Shown here one piece after another: positions 1 through 13,999 of a stretch of DNA of 64,000 bases. Every line of letters starts with the position of its first letter. The stretch's first letter is position 1. Source of the stretch: Octopus vulgaris (taxonomy: Eukaryota); the NCBI GenBank assembly GCA_951406725.2, contig OX597830.1, forward strand, positions 35,650,001 through 35,714,000. The letters run 5' to 3'. Both the position numbers and the translations under genes were made by a program. The notes under the pieces were generated by a model. The model saw nothing but the letters and a program-made list of their open reading frames with translations. It did no database searches and was not told the DNA's origin.

Positions 1-326
1 TAGTTTAATCACTTCTTGGAACTATGTACAGATTTAATTATGATACGCACAGAAGAAAAACCATGAATTTTCCCTTGAAAGAAGAATTATTCAAAGATAA
101 TTATTCTTTGAACCCCAAAGAATATTAATGTAGAATTTACAAAGACCATATTGAAAAATTTAAAGTTTCGTACAGGTTCCTTTCATTTTAAATACCAAGT
201 ACCGAAGCATTTACTATAAAAATCAGGTTTATTGCAATCGTTACGTTCATAGATTCGTATTCGGTTAGATATACATGCAAACGCATACGCGCGCACACAT
301 ATTTATGGAAGTATATCTATATTTCC

Positions 327-372
<46 letters not shown>

Positions 373-549
373 ATGTAGATTGTAGAGTAATATATATTTA
401 CATAACATAATTGAAAACCGGTGCTTGAAGTGAAAATCACAAAATCACAATACATATTATATAGTAAATTGTACAACACCGCTCATAATATATACAAATG
501 TGTGTACCGCCTGCGTATGTGTGTATGTACATGTAGTTTTATATATAAA

Positions 550-600
<51 letters not shown>

Positions 601-725
601 TTATATATATGTATATACATATATTTATATACAAATAAACACACTCATATATGAATATATATGCATATATTACATACGTACATATATAGACATTAACTCA
701 CAGACGTACACACAGGCATACACAC

Positions 726-780
<55 letters not shown>

Positions 781-1541
781 TATAAATACTACCCTGGTGA
801 TTGATCATTCGCTTGAATGAGCACATTTTGTGCAAGAATGTTCCACAATATAAATAAGATGGGTATGTCGTGTCACATCTTACATCACTGGATATGTTAT
901 ATCAGCGAAGACTCTCTGGATACATGTTAACTGTCTTTGCATAAATCTCCACTCACTCGGACACCTCTGGTAAATATATCAAGATCATCTTACAACGCCT
1001 TTAAATCCTCTTAAATCTTAAGTTTCTGCCTTTGTTTTTCTATATGTATGTGGGTTTATTTGTCTGTATTCACTCACTAATCTGTGCCTGTGTCTACGTA
1101 CGTGTTAGCGTGTGTGTGAGCGTGTGTGTGAGTGTGTATGCGCAGCGCACGGGTGTGTACACGAACGAGGAATATCAATATCGTATAGCTGTTAATGGTG
1201 ATATAACACTATCCACGAAACCTGTGTTGTTTGTGAAACTATGTATTTGTACTTGGAAAGTTCGTCTCCAAGGTGCAGGCCTGGTTAAGAGTATTTTCTT
1301 TAAGAAGACCATCAGTCGATCTTGCATATAATTTTCTTCAGTTACACATTACTAATGCTGCCAATACAAAAACAAAACTAGAGAAAAAATATACAAAGGC
1401 TAATCTTGATATCTAACTTAACGTGGAAGTTGTGTTCGAACACACACTATTGCCTTACTAACAGAGGATCTCAAAAGGATGCATGATACATGAGAGCACT
1501 CGTAATCGTATTGTTGACAGGCGAGGATCATCTACTTCGGG

Positions 1542-1606
1542 TGCCGGAACTGCCAGATCTCCCGATTTCACCCTACTAAGGATTCGTCAGTAACATTTGT
1601 CCAGCA
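1542..1606 (-). ncRNA. Putative extended type-I hammerhead ribozyme (intact core, AUC cleavage triplet)
   Basis: The minus strand reads TGCTGGA caaa TGTTA CTGACGA ATCCT tagt AGGGT GAAA TC ggga GA TC TGGCA gt TCCGGCA. It has the CUGANGA and GAAA core and the AUC triplet. Stem II is 5 bp, stem III is 3 bp with a GNRA loop, and stem I is 5 bp + internal loop + 7 bp. Confidence 0.65.
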
Positions 1607-1982
1607 GCTCGATAACAGCCGAATCTCCCTTGAGTGATATATTTACCTTGAGAGGATCTCTTTATGCACCACGAGTTTTTATCATAGATCTTCTCATGGT
1701 AACTACCGCAATAATCGGTGTTCTAATACAATCGCCACGCTAAGTTAGAGATCAAGGTTACCTCTTGGTATTAACACTGTTTCTGTTTTTCTTAAAATGT
1801 TTTTGCTTTTTTAAATATACAATTTGACCCTGACTTTGTCGTAGGTGTAAAGATCAGAACATAACGAGACAGCATAGATTCTGCTATGAATCCTATCCAA
1901 GACATCTTGGGATTACGATAACTCACGACTAATGGAATGGATTCGAGCTCCAGGTTCTGCAGCAAACACCATCGCTTATTCT

Positions 1983-2025
1983 TTCTGACGATTCAAAAAT
2001 TGTGACAATTCTTTTCATCAGATTT
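1983..2025 (-). other. Degenerate minimal hammerhead motif, PLE terminal-repeat-like
   Basis: The minus strand reads t CTGATGA a AAGAATTG tca CAATTTTT GAAtC GTC aga. Stem II is good, but GAAA is mutated to GAAT and stem I is poor. Confidence 0.35.
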
Positions 2026-2105
2026 TGTGTTATATTATCTCATATACACACTCACACACAGAAATATATCTACACATACATATGTGTGTATATGAATACA
2101 TTTTC

Positions 2106-2209
<104 letters not shown>

Positions 2210-4451
2210 TTGGTGGCGGGATATGTATACTTATGCATTTGTATGCGCATGGTACGGTAATGAGATGTGTAAATATGTATGTATATATATATATATGCAT
2301 ATGTGTATATATACCGATATATATATCTATATATATGTGCGTGTGTGTATATGTATGTATGAATACACACACACATACATACACACACACACATACACAC
2401 ACACCACACACATAGAAACACACATACAGAGACACATTTTCTTCAGGTCATCTTTTTGCGATTGTTCCGAATTTAATGGCCTTAATTCACTATAAATTTC
2501 TTACTTCCGTGCCATGCGATATTTGTCCCGAGTGATCCCGTGTTTTCTGTTAACTGACCAAAGTATATTTTCACGGCGAGACCACTTCGATTTCGACCAT
2601 CGAGAGCTGTCCAAAGTTGAATGTCAGTAACAGGTCGCTCTTTACTTATCCCGCAGTGGCCAGCAAAGCGAAAGAGAACCCTCCTGTCTTGAAAAGTGTC
2701 CGCTACATTACGAAATGTATCATTTTTTTTTCTCTGATAGATTGTTCTTTCTGGGATCGGTTTAAAATGGCAAAAAGCTTAGTTTGAAACCTTTGGATTA
2801 ATGTCCTGACGGAAGAGCCACAATGAAACACAGTGTTATGGACTGCAACGAAGACTTTGTTTTAATTTTTTTCAGACGCTAAAATTTCCGTATTATTTTG
2901 AGACTTTTAATTGCATGCAAGCTTTGATAATACTTAGTATAACATCTGTATTAATATACAGGCCAGTGCAGCATGAAGTTGGATAACTGTACCTGTAACC
3001 ATATGTATTTGCACGGTTATGTCACCAGCAGAACACACATGTGTTAGTGAGTGACTGAATATCAGTAATTTCGCTATTTTGTGAAGGTAAAGCTAAATTT
3101 CTTACTGATATACTGAAGTGAAATGGGAAAAAAACCTACATACCGTTTCAGATGAATGCAACTTAGGTGGCCGCTTGCTCTTACTGGTGAATGTCAATCT
3201 ATCTAATCAACACGCACACACACGTATATATATATGCTTATGCACATGCGTGAAGATTGCCCACCTGAACAAAGTCGAAGTCAGTAGTTACATATTTTAT
3301 AGGACTTCTTACGAAGTGAAGTGAAACAGAAATTTCTTGTAACTCCGTGTTTCATATTAGACTAATTAATCTATTAGACAATCGTCAGACGGCGTAGCGA
3401 TGGGTGTGAAATATTGTAATTTCTTAAATTTCTGTCTATTGTTTCCATTTTGCGTTTGCTTAATTAAATTTTTAAAAAAACATAAATACCTCTGTATATA
3501 TAATAATATTACGTTACTGAGATGTGACGAGAAAGGAAGTACAGAAAAACGCAGGATAAAAGAAATATTGTGACAGGATAAAATGAAGGAATAAAACAGA
3601 AAAAGGAAGGAGATGAAGAATACAGATAAAGAATATGCGAATAAAATTTAAAAGAACACGTAGCATAAAAGGAGTCCAAGAAAGCTGTAGAGGTGAAATT
3701 CTTTCGCTAAATCATTTCACCTCTAGTGATTTCTAGGAACTTATTCAATTATTATATTTCGTATTTGGAAATTTTATAGTTCTAATACTTCATATTTATA
3801 TTCCCGTTCACTAATCTATTCGTTTGCGCCTTTCATCCATCTGTTTATCGTCTCTATAACTCTTATTTGTTTTCATTTTATCCTTTTTGATAATTTTCTT
3901 CTTCGTTTCCTTCATTACTCCCCCATACGAGCTAATCTCTTTAAGTTCATATCATTACCAATATGCATTGGAAATTTCTAGAAAACTTTAAAAGGATACT
4001 TGTCATACCTAAATATTACAAGTTCCACCTATTATATTTCTTACACATCAATATGCAACACTGGAAGTATATTTGCCATTTTTTTTACATTTTGCAATAT
4101 TTCAATATTATTAGTGTTATTTGATTCATTATCACTTAATTAATTATTACCGTATGAAACTCAGAGTTATAATGTATTGTCGTTGGAAATCTACAACACG
4201 TTATATAAATACGTATGAAATATTCAGAAATATATACGCGTGAACGAGTGAGTATTTTCACGCAAGAGTGCATGAGCAATGATTGGGAAAGTTTACAGGT
4301 GAAGTTAAAAATTGCTTTTTAAGAAATACAATTATCTAACGAATGGAATATTTTTGGATCCTCACTGGGATAAAAAAAATGGTTTATAGAGATTACACGA
4401 TTATTTTTGACTAATCCAATACACAATACATATATATGTGTATATATATAT

Positions 4452-4864
4452 AGGCGCAGGAGTGGCTGTGTGGTAAGTAGCTTGCTTACCAACCACATGG
4501 TTCCGGGTTCAGTCCCACTGCGTGGCATCTTGGGCAAGTGTCTTCTGCTATAGCATCGGGCCGACCAATGCCTTGTGAGTGGATTTGGTAGACGGAAACT
4601 GAAAGAAGCCGGTCGTATATATGCGTATATATATATATGTATGTGTGTGTATATGTTTGTGTGTCTGTGTTTGTACCCCCACCATCGCTTTACGTGTCTT
4701 TACGTCCCCGTCACTTAGTGGTTCGGCAAAAAGAGACCGATAGAATAAGTACTGGGCTTACGAAGAATAAGTCCCGGGGTCGATTTGATCGACTAAAGGT
4801 GGTGCTCCAGCATGGCCACAGTCAAATGACTGAAACAAGTAAAAGAGTGAAAGAGAGTAAAGAG

Positions 4865-4867
<3 letters not shown>
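4452..4867 (+). mobile_element. SINE family A (tRNA-derived head, CORE-like centre), full length
   Basis: A-box-like tggctgtgtgg, B-box-like gggttcagtccc, cttgggcaagtg CORE-like segment, internal TA/TG microsatellite and (aagagtaa)n tail. Many copies in the window. Confidence 0.9.
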
Positions 4868-4916
<49 letters not shown>

Positions 4917-5244
4917 GTACGTATACCTATATACGCACATATAGAGATAGATAGCTACATACATAAATGCATACACGTTTACATACATAGATGCATACAT
5001 ATCAAAATACACAAATCAAGTCGGTGTTCCAGCATGGCAGCAGTCAAACGATTGAAACAAGTAAAAGAGTATAAGAATAAAAGAAAATATGTATGTGTGT
5101 GTAAATGTGTATATATGAATTTAAATACATCGATATATATACCTATATATACATATCCACACACATATATACATATAAATTCATATACACACACATATAT
5201 GCATATAAATTCATATACACACACTCGCACGCACTCATACACAC

Positions 5245-5362
<118 letters not shown>

Positions 5363-5364
5363 TA

Positions 5365-5585
5365 TATGTTACAATTACTCAATAGTCAAGATAAAACTCT
5401 GAGTTTCAGATGCCGAAGTGGAAATCCACAACACCATCTCTTCGGTTATCTGATTGTGTTGTGGAAACTCAGAGTTTTATATTGACTATTGACTAATTGT
5501 AACATATTATTTTATAGATAAATTTCCTCCATTTACATAATATTGAGGTCTCTTTCTTTCTTTTGTTATCTTACCGTTTTTACCA
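5365..5585. mobile_element. PLE-type terminal repeat fragment with ~44-bp inverted duplication and hammerhead-like motif
   Basis: Arms ~5364-5407 and 5464-5507 are reverse complements with 2 mismatches. Minus 5451-5389 reads agataa CCGAAGA gatg..catc t GAAAC tcaga GTT ttatct. Confidence 0.55.
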
Positions 5586-5888
5586 ATATATGCATATATT
5601 TATATTTATGAGTATGCTCTTACTAGTGTGCGTGTATGTATTCATGTACTTGTTTAGTATCTGAACATAGGAAGCTGTTTCATTTGATTTTTCATGAGAC
5701 GTAAAGTGTGCACGCATATTTTTGTATATATGTGCATGTATATACGCATCTTCTTCTCCCATTCCTTATTCTGATATATAAAACTAGATCATCTATTTTT
5801 GCCATTGTTGGCTCTTACCACGGGCTCATAGTATTCGCATCCAACAAAAAAGGTTTTACACCCTTATGGTCACCGGAAGGCTGTTGGC

Positions 5889-5955
<67 letters not shown>
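5889..5955. repeat. (TAG)n microsatellite next to the RTE 3' end
   Basis: Perfect tandem tag repeat. Confidence 0.95.
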
Positions 5956-5956
<1 letters not shown>

Positions 5957-5974
5957 ACCGGTAGATTGATATTA

Positions 5975-6560
5975 GACAAGATTAGTTCTGGGGTCATGCG
6001 CCGGTCCAGCGCGTTGCTGCATTCACCGTTTGCCAGAAGAATCCCGGGTCCTCCCGGGCGGCACGTCGAGCAGAATTCCAACCAATCTCCATTTCTGCAA
6101 GATACCTCCTGATCTGCCGTAATGACGTGGCATGTGATCGATCAACACCAGCTGTCAACCCAGTCGGATCCTCAGTGAAGAGAACACAATAAATAAGGTC
6201 TCCTCAGAAAATCGAGTAACGTGGCCAAATAGTCCCGTATGAAACTCCCATATCATTCAAATAACCGAAAACATTCCAGTTTCTGAGTAGAGCCGTAGAT
6301 TGGATACGAAATACATTAAATGATAACCCCACAATCCTGTGAATCGTCCTGATATCGAAGAATTTCTTTGCCGGGATCAGGGTAATCCTGATCAGAGTAC
6401 GAAATCATACATAAGGCAAAATTGCGTAAAAAATACAAGAATTCCCTTGCGGTATTTACTACTGAACTTCAATTCCCGCCAAAGTTGTCCATCCTCCGGT
6501 AACGACAGAAAAAGCAGTACTAGATTCGATGGTATTAACTAACCATCTTTACTCCCACGT
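5975..6560 (-). mobile_element. RTE-clade LINE 3' relic
   Basis: Frameshifted minus-strand translation LFGHVTRF..SLRQIRRYL..AAREDPGFFWQTVNAATR* resembles the RTE ORF C-terminus and is followed by a short-repeat tail. Confidence 0.65.
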
Positions 6561-6883
6561 CGCCAAATTTTTGGCCTTCTTCATAAATTTCAAACTATTA
6601 TCATCATTGGTTTCATTGTCATTGTTGTTCTTAACATTCTTATAAAACATTTTTTTATTGTTATTTGTTAGTAATGCCCCTTTATCCGTCTCCATTTTGC
6701 TAATAAATAAACGATTTGTGCTATTATTATTATTAATGTCATTACTTTTGCCATATCTATTATTGTCGTTATTATTATTTTACGAAAACTTCGTTTTCGA
6801 ATGAGTTTAGCTTGCAACAATAGTCTTTATTCTCCATAAAAATAAACAGAATTTTCTGCTGATATGCTAATGCATTTTCCAAA

Positions 6884-6955
<72 letters not shown>

Positions 6956-7232
6956 GTGTCTATTCATATGTGTCTGTGTATATCTGTGCGGCTGTATGTC
7001 TTCTCTTTTTTGCATATCTTAGGGCGTAAACACAACTAAATTTTTGCTTTACAAGTTCGTTAGATGTGATTCAGTTTCTTCTTTTGAAGATTGTTGATTT
7101 GTTTCTGTTTGTCTTTTGCATTGTGATCGTGGGTTTGTTTTCTTTCTTTTCTTTTTTTTGCTGCATTATTTATTCCTATGTTCAATTTTTATTTACTTAT
7201 TTGTTTATTTATTACTTTCCTTTTTCCGGCAG

Positions 7233-7321
7233 ACTATGTACATAATTTGAACAGTGCCGAAACATGCCGCCATTTTTGGTCAACATGGAAGACAGAAAAT
7301 ACAGAAATTACTTATCAATAA
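7233..7321 (+). CDS. Possible short terminal coding exon, product unknown
   Basis: A long polypyrimidine tract ends in ccggcAG (7231-7232), followed by (D)YVHNLNSAETCRHFWSTWKTENTEITYQ* and AT-rich UTR-like sequence. No homology recognised. Confidence 0.2.
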
Positions 7322-7914
7322 GAAATAGAAGAACAAATCAAAGATTATGTTAGATATTCGTTTCAAAAGAGTATTATAAAATATATGTGTATAGCTTCCT
7401 GTTATTTACTTTATTATTATAATATAGTAAAAAATAATAATAATGATATTATTAACATTCGTATATGAATATATTTGTACGTGTATATGCTTGAGTGTAT
7501 GTCTATGTAACTATGTATGTATTTTTTTTTAATTTACACTCATTGTTTCATTGTTTCCTGATTCTTTTGTATAGTAGTTGTAATTGTAGTTCTAATAGTT
7601 TTTTTATTGTTACTTTCGCCGATTCATAGTGTTTATATGTTTGTTTTTAGTTGATTTTGCTTACACAATCTTTTCACTATGTTTTAGAACACATCCGTGT
7701 GTATTTTTCTGGCAACAACGCATCATGGAAATATTTGTTATTCAAGAGAGAGTTATATTTCCTCTGGGCTGCCGGGATTAAAAGTTTCGGAAGAAAAATC
7801 ATTTAATTCTGAACGAAGAGAAAAAAAAATCTCTTCTCAACATATATTTTCTTCCTCTTTTCAACAACCATTCTTTTGATATAAATATCATTGTTACTGT
7901 CGTAATCATCATCC

Positions 7915-7984
<70 letters not shown>

Positions 7985-9728
7985 CATTATTATTATTATT
8001 ATTAGTGAAATGTAAGTGCAGACGAATGGCAGGAAATTTGGAGATTTTAATATATGGTATAGAATGTCATGGCCACATAAAGTCTTAAGATCAAATCTCA
8101 TAGACTCGTACATCTTTTAATCTGTTGCCTCTGTATCGCAGAATAAATATTCTCGACAATTAAAAGTATCATATTGCTGTGAATAATATATGTAATGTTC
8201 ATATGTACGTAGAACAACTCTTGCTAGCATATTTCCTCGCGGAGAAACCTCTCAAAAGAGCTTGTATGTTGAAAATAAGGTGTAATTACACAGAATATTG
8301 ATGGCTATCTGTCATCAATATTCTGAGCAATCATTCTAAGTTATCATTATGATCCGGTGAGCATGTCTGGTCATTCTGAGCTAAGCAGTAAAATATCATT
8401 TCCAATACAGAAATCGATAAGCAAAACATTTACGGATTTGTCCGAAAGTAAGCCATGTTATAATTAGATTAATATGCGTACTTGGGAGGGCATATGATTA
8501 AAATACTGAAGTGTATAACAATTGCAATAAATACAGAATCGGCACTAATTGTGTGAAGCCATATTTAATGGAAGCTATCCGTAGATATTCTGAACGCGTC
8601 GTGTGTATTTTACCTTACGAATTCCTTTGAGAAGTTTCTCCGACAAAATATATATTGCGGACACATGTACAGCCTTCATGTAATTCTCTGGTGAAATCAA
8701 TGAAACACTCAGTGACAAGGCTGCACCTGCAATTAAGTGTTTACATAAACACACTTACACACATATTCGTATACACATACGCAGACACACACACAGACAC
8801 ACACGCACATATTGTAACATATAGAAACAACTTCAAAGAATACTCTTTTAAATGTGAATGACTATTTCATGTTCAGTATAAATCGTTTTCCTAAATGTTG
8901 TTATACACACATTCTCAACTTCCCGTTCTATGTTTTCATAGGTATATACATTTATACATACTCACATACTCATACATACATTCGTACATACATAGATACA
9001 GACATATGTGAGGACAGCCATTCTATTCGTAGCTCATTAAGTACACTGCTACGTTCAAATTTTATTTTATTTTCATTTGAGATCTTGCAAATTTTCTTAC
9101 TAACTTCTTACAATTAGTTTGCAAAAATACAGTTCTTAAATCTTCAGTCGACGTTTCCAGAAATTCACAGTCATAGTTTCAAGTTGCAAGATGTATTGTT
9201 TCTTACACGCTCATTGAATTCGGGTAGTCTTTACCGACAGATGTTTTTCTTTTTACCGTTAGAACATGCTTTAGCAGTGATGTGTTTATTTCTTTGTCGC
9301 ATTCATATTTCCAACATTAGTTGTGTTTTATGTCAATGGCCACGTGTTAATTTTTCAATGCGTTTACGTGTTAATTTCAGGATTGTATTGCAATATGATT
9401 AGGGCTTTCATAATTAATGTTGTGTCTTAGAGTACAATATTATAAAATATGTGTCAATTATCCTCACATATTTTCCTGTCTATTTTTGCTTTGCACTGTG
9501 TTGTATTTTTTTGCAATGCATCCGTGACGTGCCTATCTAAAAGTGTCGTCCTGGCGTGCCCAATGTAACAGTTAATGTCCTGAAGTTTGCATCGTTCAGT
9601 TTTACAGTTGGTTTTATAGACCCCGTTGGTCACACTCAGTGGGATCTCATGCTCAAATGCACGTGGTGTATTACCGATAAATGTTTTTTTTTTTACTTTT
9701 GCTGTTTTATGGTGTATTATTAGTTCAA

Positions 9729-9894
9729 CCCTTAAGCATGTAGATTTCTCTGTCAAATGTAATGCTTATTTATTCACACTGTTTTGAAGTAATCATGCAT
9801 AATCTTATAGTTTTGAGATTTCAACGATGTGATTATTTATTTCTAGAATGACATTGTAGTGTGAGAGGATTTGGTACCTATAAATGCTGAAGGG
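9729..9894. mobile_element. Small MITE with piggyBac-like CCC...GGG termini
   Basis: aacccttaagcat vs reverse complement of atgctgaagggtt (1 mismatch). The TTAA TSD is degenerate. Confidence 0.4.
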
Positions 9895-10471
9895 TTTGAC
9901 TCATTTTGCGTTAGGTTCTATGTGAGTTTAAATCGTACGCTTATGATTTGCTTAAGGTAATAGATTTTGTGCAAAGTTAGTACATTTGTATTAAATGTAT
10001 TCTTTGGCATATATACGCTATCATATTTCTGTCTATATTATTCTATACCTTGGTTCACTATTCTATAGGAAAACCTGTGGTTAATTAGTGTTTTATTCTA
10101 TGTATTTCTTTCTCAAGTGTATTGTATGTGGACAAGGATGAGAATATTAAGTGTTCTTATGAGGCGTGATTTACACAGATACACACACTCTCACACACGC
10201 ACACACACACACGCACACACACGCATATATATATATATATATATATATATTGTATGCATTATCAATCTGAGTGCTAAACAGTGCTGTATGATTGTGTGTG
10301 AATAAAAAATTATTTAAAAGGAGCCAAAATTTTAATGGCTAATTTTGTTATCGTCCTTAAATATTTCTCATATTATATTTATTTTCTTATTTACAATATT
10401 GCTGTAGGTATTTAGTTGAGGATATATTTTAAATTTCACCTATGTGTGGGTATGTGTGTATGAGTGAGTGA

Positions 10472-10504
<33 letters not shown>

Positions 10505-11167
10505 CGTACGCCTGTGTGTACATATAATGATAAAAACCATTATATGTGATATACAGACACGGTAGAAAGACAGACGTGTAAGTAGATAGAATGATATATG
10601 TGTAGTTAATTAAGTTATTAAGTAGCAATTATATGAGTAGATAATTACGTCTGTGTTTAGGTTGATACATAAGTAATTAAGTTATATAGCTCGTATATCT
10701 TATATAACTATTTGTATAAATCTATATAGTATATATTTCATTCTTGAGTATGTAAATTTTTACATAAAAGCCGCAGGCAATATTTGCTAGACAGAGAAAT
10801 CTTACTTTAGCTACAGCTATAATTATTTGATGAAATGGAGGTACGTTACACTGTGGTGTGCAATGAAGTGGTCAACTTGTTACAGTGCTAGACTTTCTGA
10901 TCTTTGGCCGTTTTTGGTATTTCTGGACAAAAGATTTTATGCTTTACTCAACATTGCCCCTGTTGACCTGACTTCTGAATATAGACTCTGGAGCAATCTA
11001 GTCCAGTATATCTCGATCTGAATTCTGGTGTCATTAATGGATACTCTATGGTGGATGTCACTTAAAACTTATCGCTTAACATCATTCTCAACTATCATAA
11101 GTGTTTGTTATTACAGTCGGAAGTGCTCTATATATATTCCTCTGGTCTGAGGCAAGACGGTTGTAAC

Positions 11168-11513
11168 AAGGCGGCAATCTGGCACAATCGTTAGCACGCC
11201 GGGTGAAATGCTTAACGGTATTTCGTCTGCCGAAATACCAGTTACGTACTGGGGTCGATGTAATCCACTTAATACCTATGTCTGTCCTTGTTTGTCCCCT
11301 CTGTGTTTAGCCCCTTGTGGGTAATAAAGAAATAGGTATTTCGTCTGCCGTTACGTTCAAATTCCGCCAAGGTCGACTTTGCCATTCATCCTTTCGGGGT
11401 CGATAAATTAAGTAGCAGTTATGCACTGGGGTCGATGTAATCGACTTAACCCCTTTGTCTGTTCCTGTTTGTCCCCTCTATGTTTAGCCCCTTGTAGGCT
11501 ATAAAGAAATAAG
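11168..11513 (+). mobile_element. SINE family B, internally duplicated form
   Basis: Head aaggcggc..ctggca and central gactttgcc.ttcatcctttcggggtcgataaattaagta. 15-bp TSD aagac(g/a)gttgtaaca at 11154-11168 and 11511-11525. Confidence 0.9.
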
Positions 11514-12709
11514 ACAGTTGTAACATTATAAAGTACATCAGAGCTTATCCCATTCAAACATATATCAGACAAGGTAAACGTTTCTACCTGGATAACAAAC
11601 CTGTTACAAATAGCAGCCAAATCTCGCTCTAGAAGAAAGAACAATTCGCATAGTGTAGACAGAATATATTAGAAAAAAGATGAGATGGTGGTGATCAAAA
11701 TCCTTCTCTTTGATCAGAGCAGATTCTGGTTCAAAATCAGCAACTATTTCCATACACTCCTCAACAATTCACATATAATTATGGTAATTGCAACATTTAT
11801 TTTATGAAACCTTCTGGAATCCAACGAAAATCTTCGGCAATACGGAAAGTTTGGTAATTATATAATTTATGCACAATACTACACATTTTATAGAAGGATG
11901 TGATCGATTTTATCGACCTTAGTACTACACTTAAATTTATTTTAGCGGCCAGCAGATTTACGACGAAATTTTAATTCACCAAGGGACGAAGTGTAGCTAA
12001 ATGCTTCCGTTGGTATGCATCTTATTCCACCATTTTCATAAGCGAAATTTTTTTCGTGGATAAATAACAGCTAATTAAAGTGACCCCCAATACAATAATT
12101 TGAACGATGTCAGAAGAAAGAAGAAGGTGACGTCAACTTTGATTGAACTTGAACCCAGCATGTAAAATGTGTTGACTAAATAACTCAAGATGTGACTACA
12201 CAACACGTCTTTCAACCGATTCCACCATCTGCCTTCTTCTCGGTGCAAACAATATTCTCCATAACAGGTTCGCGATGGAAAATCTACATAGCAACATTGA
12301 ATATTCCTTAGTGTCAGACGAATGCTTATACCGAAACAATCTATGCATATCTTCTGAATATATTATCGGTCTACACCGACTAACTGCCTGCCAGCAAACG
12401 AACGAAGGAAAGAAATTTAATGTAAATGTGTGACAATTTTCCTACACCGTTCCCTCTACAGATGTAACACGTCTTAAATGGAATGCATGTCGTATATAGT
12501 TTCATTATAGAAGATATGATATTCATCTTGATAATAGAGCATTACTCTTGTCCCCAAAACACGAATATCACCAAAATGTCTATAATTCTACGGGCACACC
12601 AATAGTGAGTTAGAATCAAGCAAAATGTGTATTCTTGGATACTGAAAATGGCGATATACGTCCTCTCTTCTTTGTTAGTTATTTTCTAATAAATATACTG
12701 CGTACAGAT

Positions 12710-12752
<43 letters not shown>

Positions 12753-12777
12753 TTGTGTATGTATATATGTATATGTA

Positions 12778-12834
<57 letters not shown>

Positions 12835-13503
12835 GTATACACATACATATACATCATATATACATACATATATGTATGTGTATATATATATACATACATA
12901 CATATATATATATATAGAGAGAGAGAGAGGTAGATAGATAGATAGATAGATAGATACATAGATACATAGATAGATAGATAAATATACATCGCGATATAGT
13001 TGTATGTATGTATGTATGTGTGTATGTATGTATGTGAACACATACATTTGTGCATGTATATAGGTGTATGTAGGTATGTATGTACTTAGAAAATTAGGGA
13101 TGTAAGTAGTTATGTAGGTAGGTAGGGTAGGTAGTTAACTAGGTTCGTACGGAGGCTGATAATTAGGAAGATAGCTGGGAAAATGCAAAAATGGGTAGAT
13201 AGGCAGTCGTTTTGAGATGAAGCTAAGAGCGTTATGGAAATATAAGTGCAATGAAATGTTCGTCTTTGTAACACATTAACGGTTACCTAATTGTATTAAT
13301 AAGGGAAGCTGGCGTGAATTATTGAATGTTAAATCTGATTAACAAACACCTTCGCTGGATCTAATTGAATTCTGCTTGATATTGAGAACTTACTGTTAAT
13401 TTCACAACGATACATTATCCAGCCTTAAGATAGACGGCTCACACGTGCGCGTGCTCATGTACATGCGTATAGACACACCCCATGAACAGGTCTGTATGTA
13501 TAC

Positions 13504-13540
<37 letters not shown>

Positions 13541-13550
13541 CTCTTTTTCT

Positions 13551-13604
<54 letters not shown>

Positions 13605-13999
13605 GTATACATATATATGCATATATGCACATGTTTGTATTTGTATACATGCGTACATACACATATTCAAACATATATAAAGATAGATGTACATCTCTAT
13701 CCATACACACTCACACACTCACACACACATACACACATAACACATGCATATTTATTTATACATATATATAAATCTAGACAGACACGTACACATTTATATC
13801 TATATAAAGATTGAATGATTGAAAACACCAGATGATATATACATCTACACACCTACTCTAGCACACACATACACATGTACCTACTTTGTTTCTCTCCCTC
13901 TCTCTGTCTGTCTCTCTCTTTCTTTCTTACTGTGTTTGTTTGTGTGTGTTTGTATAAATTATCTATTCTTTATATGATAGGAAATATATGAAATCTTCT

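Noticed and set aside
1150-1330. Possible Gypsy RT/RNase H connection relic on the minus strand (FLKKILLTRPAP)
   Set aside because: A single weak motif that cannot be supported without BLASTX.
2800-2845. Hammerhead-like string cctgacggaagagccacaatgaaacacagtgtta
   Set aside because: Core mismatch (CTGACGG) and no stem II, so consistent with chance.
4452-4530. tRNA genes at SINE heads (also 17471, 48640)
   Set aside because: A/B boxes are present but there is no complete cloverleaf, and they are continuous with SINE bodies.
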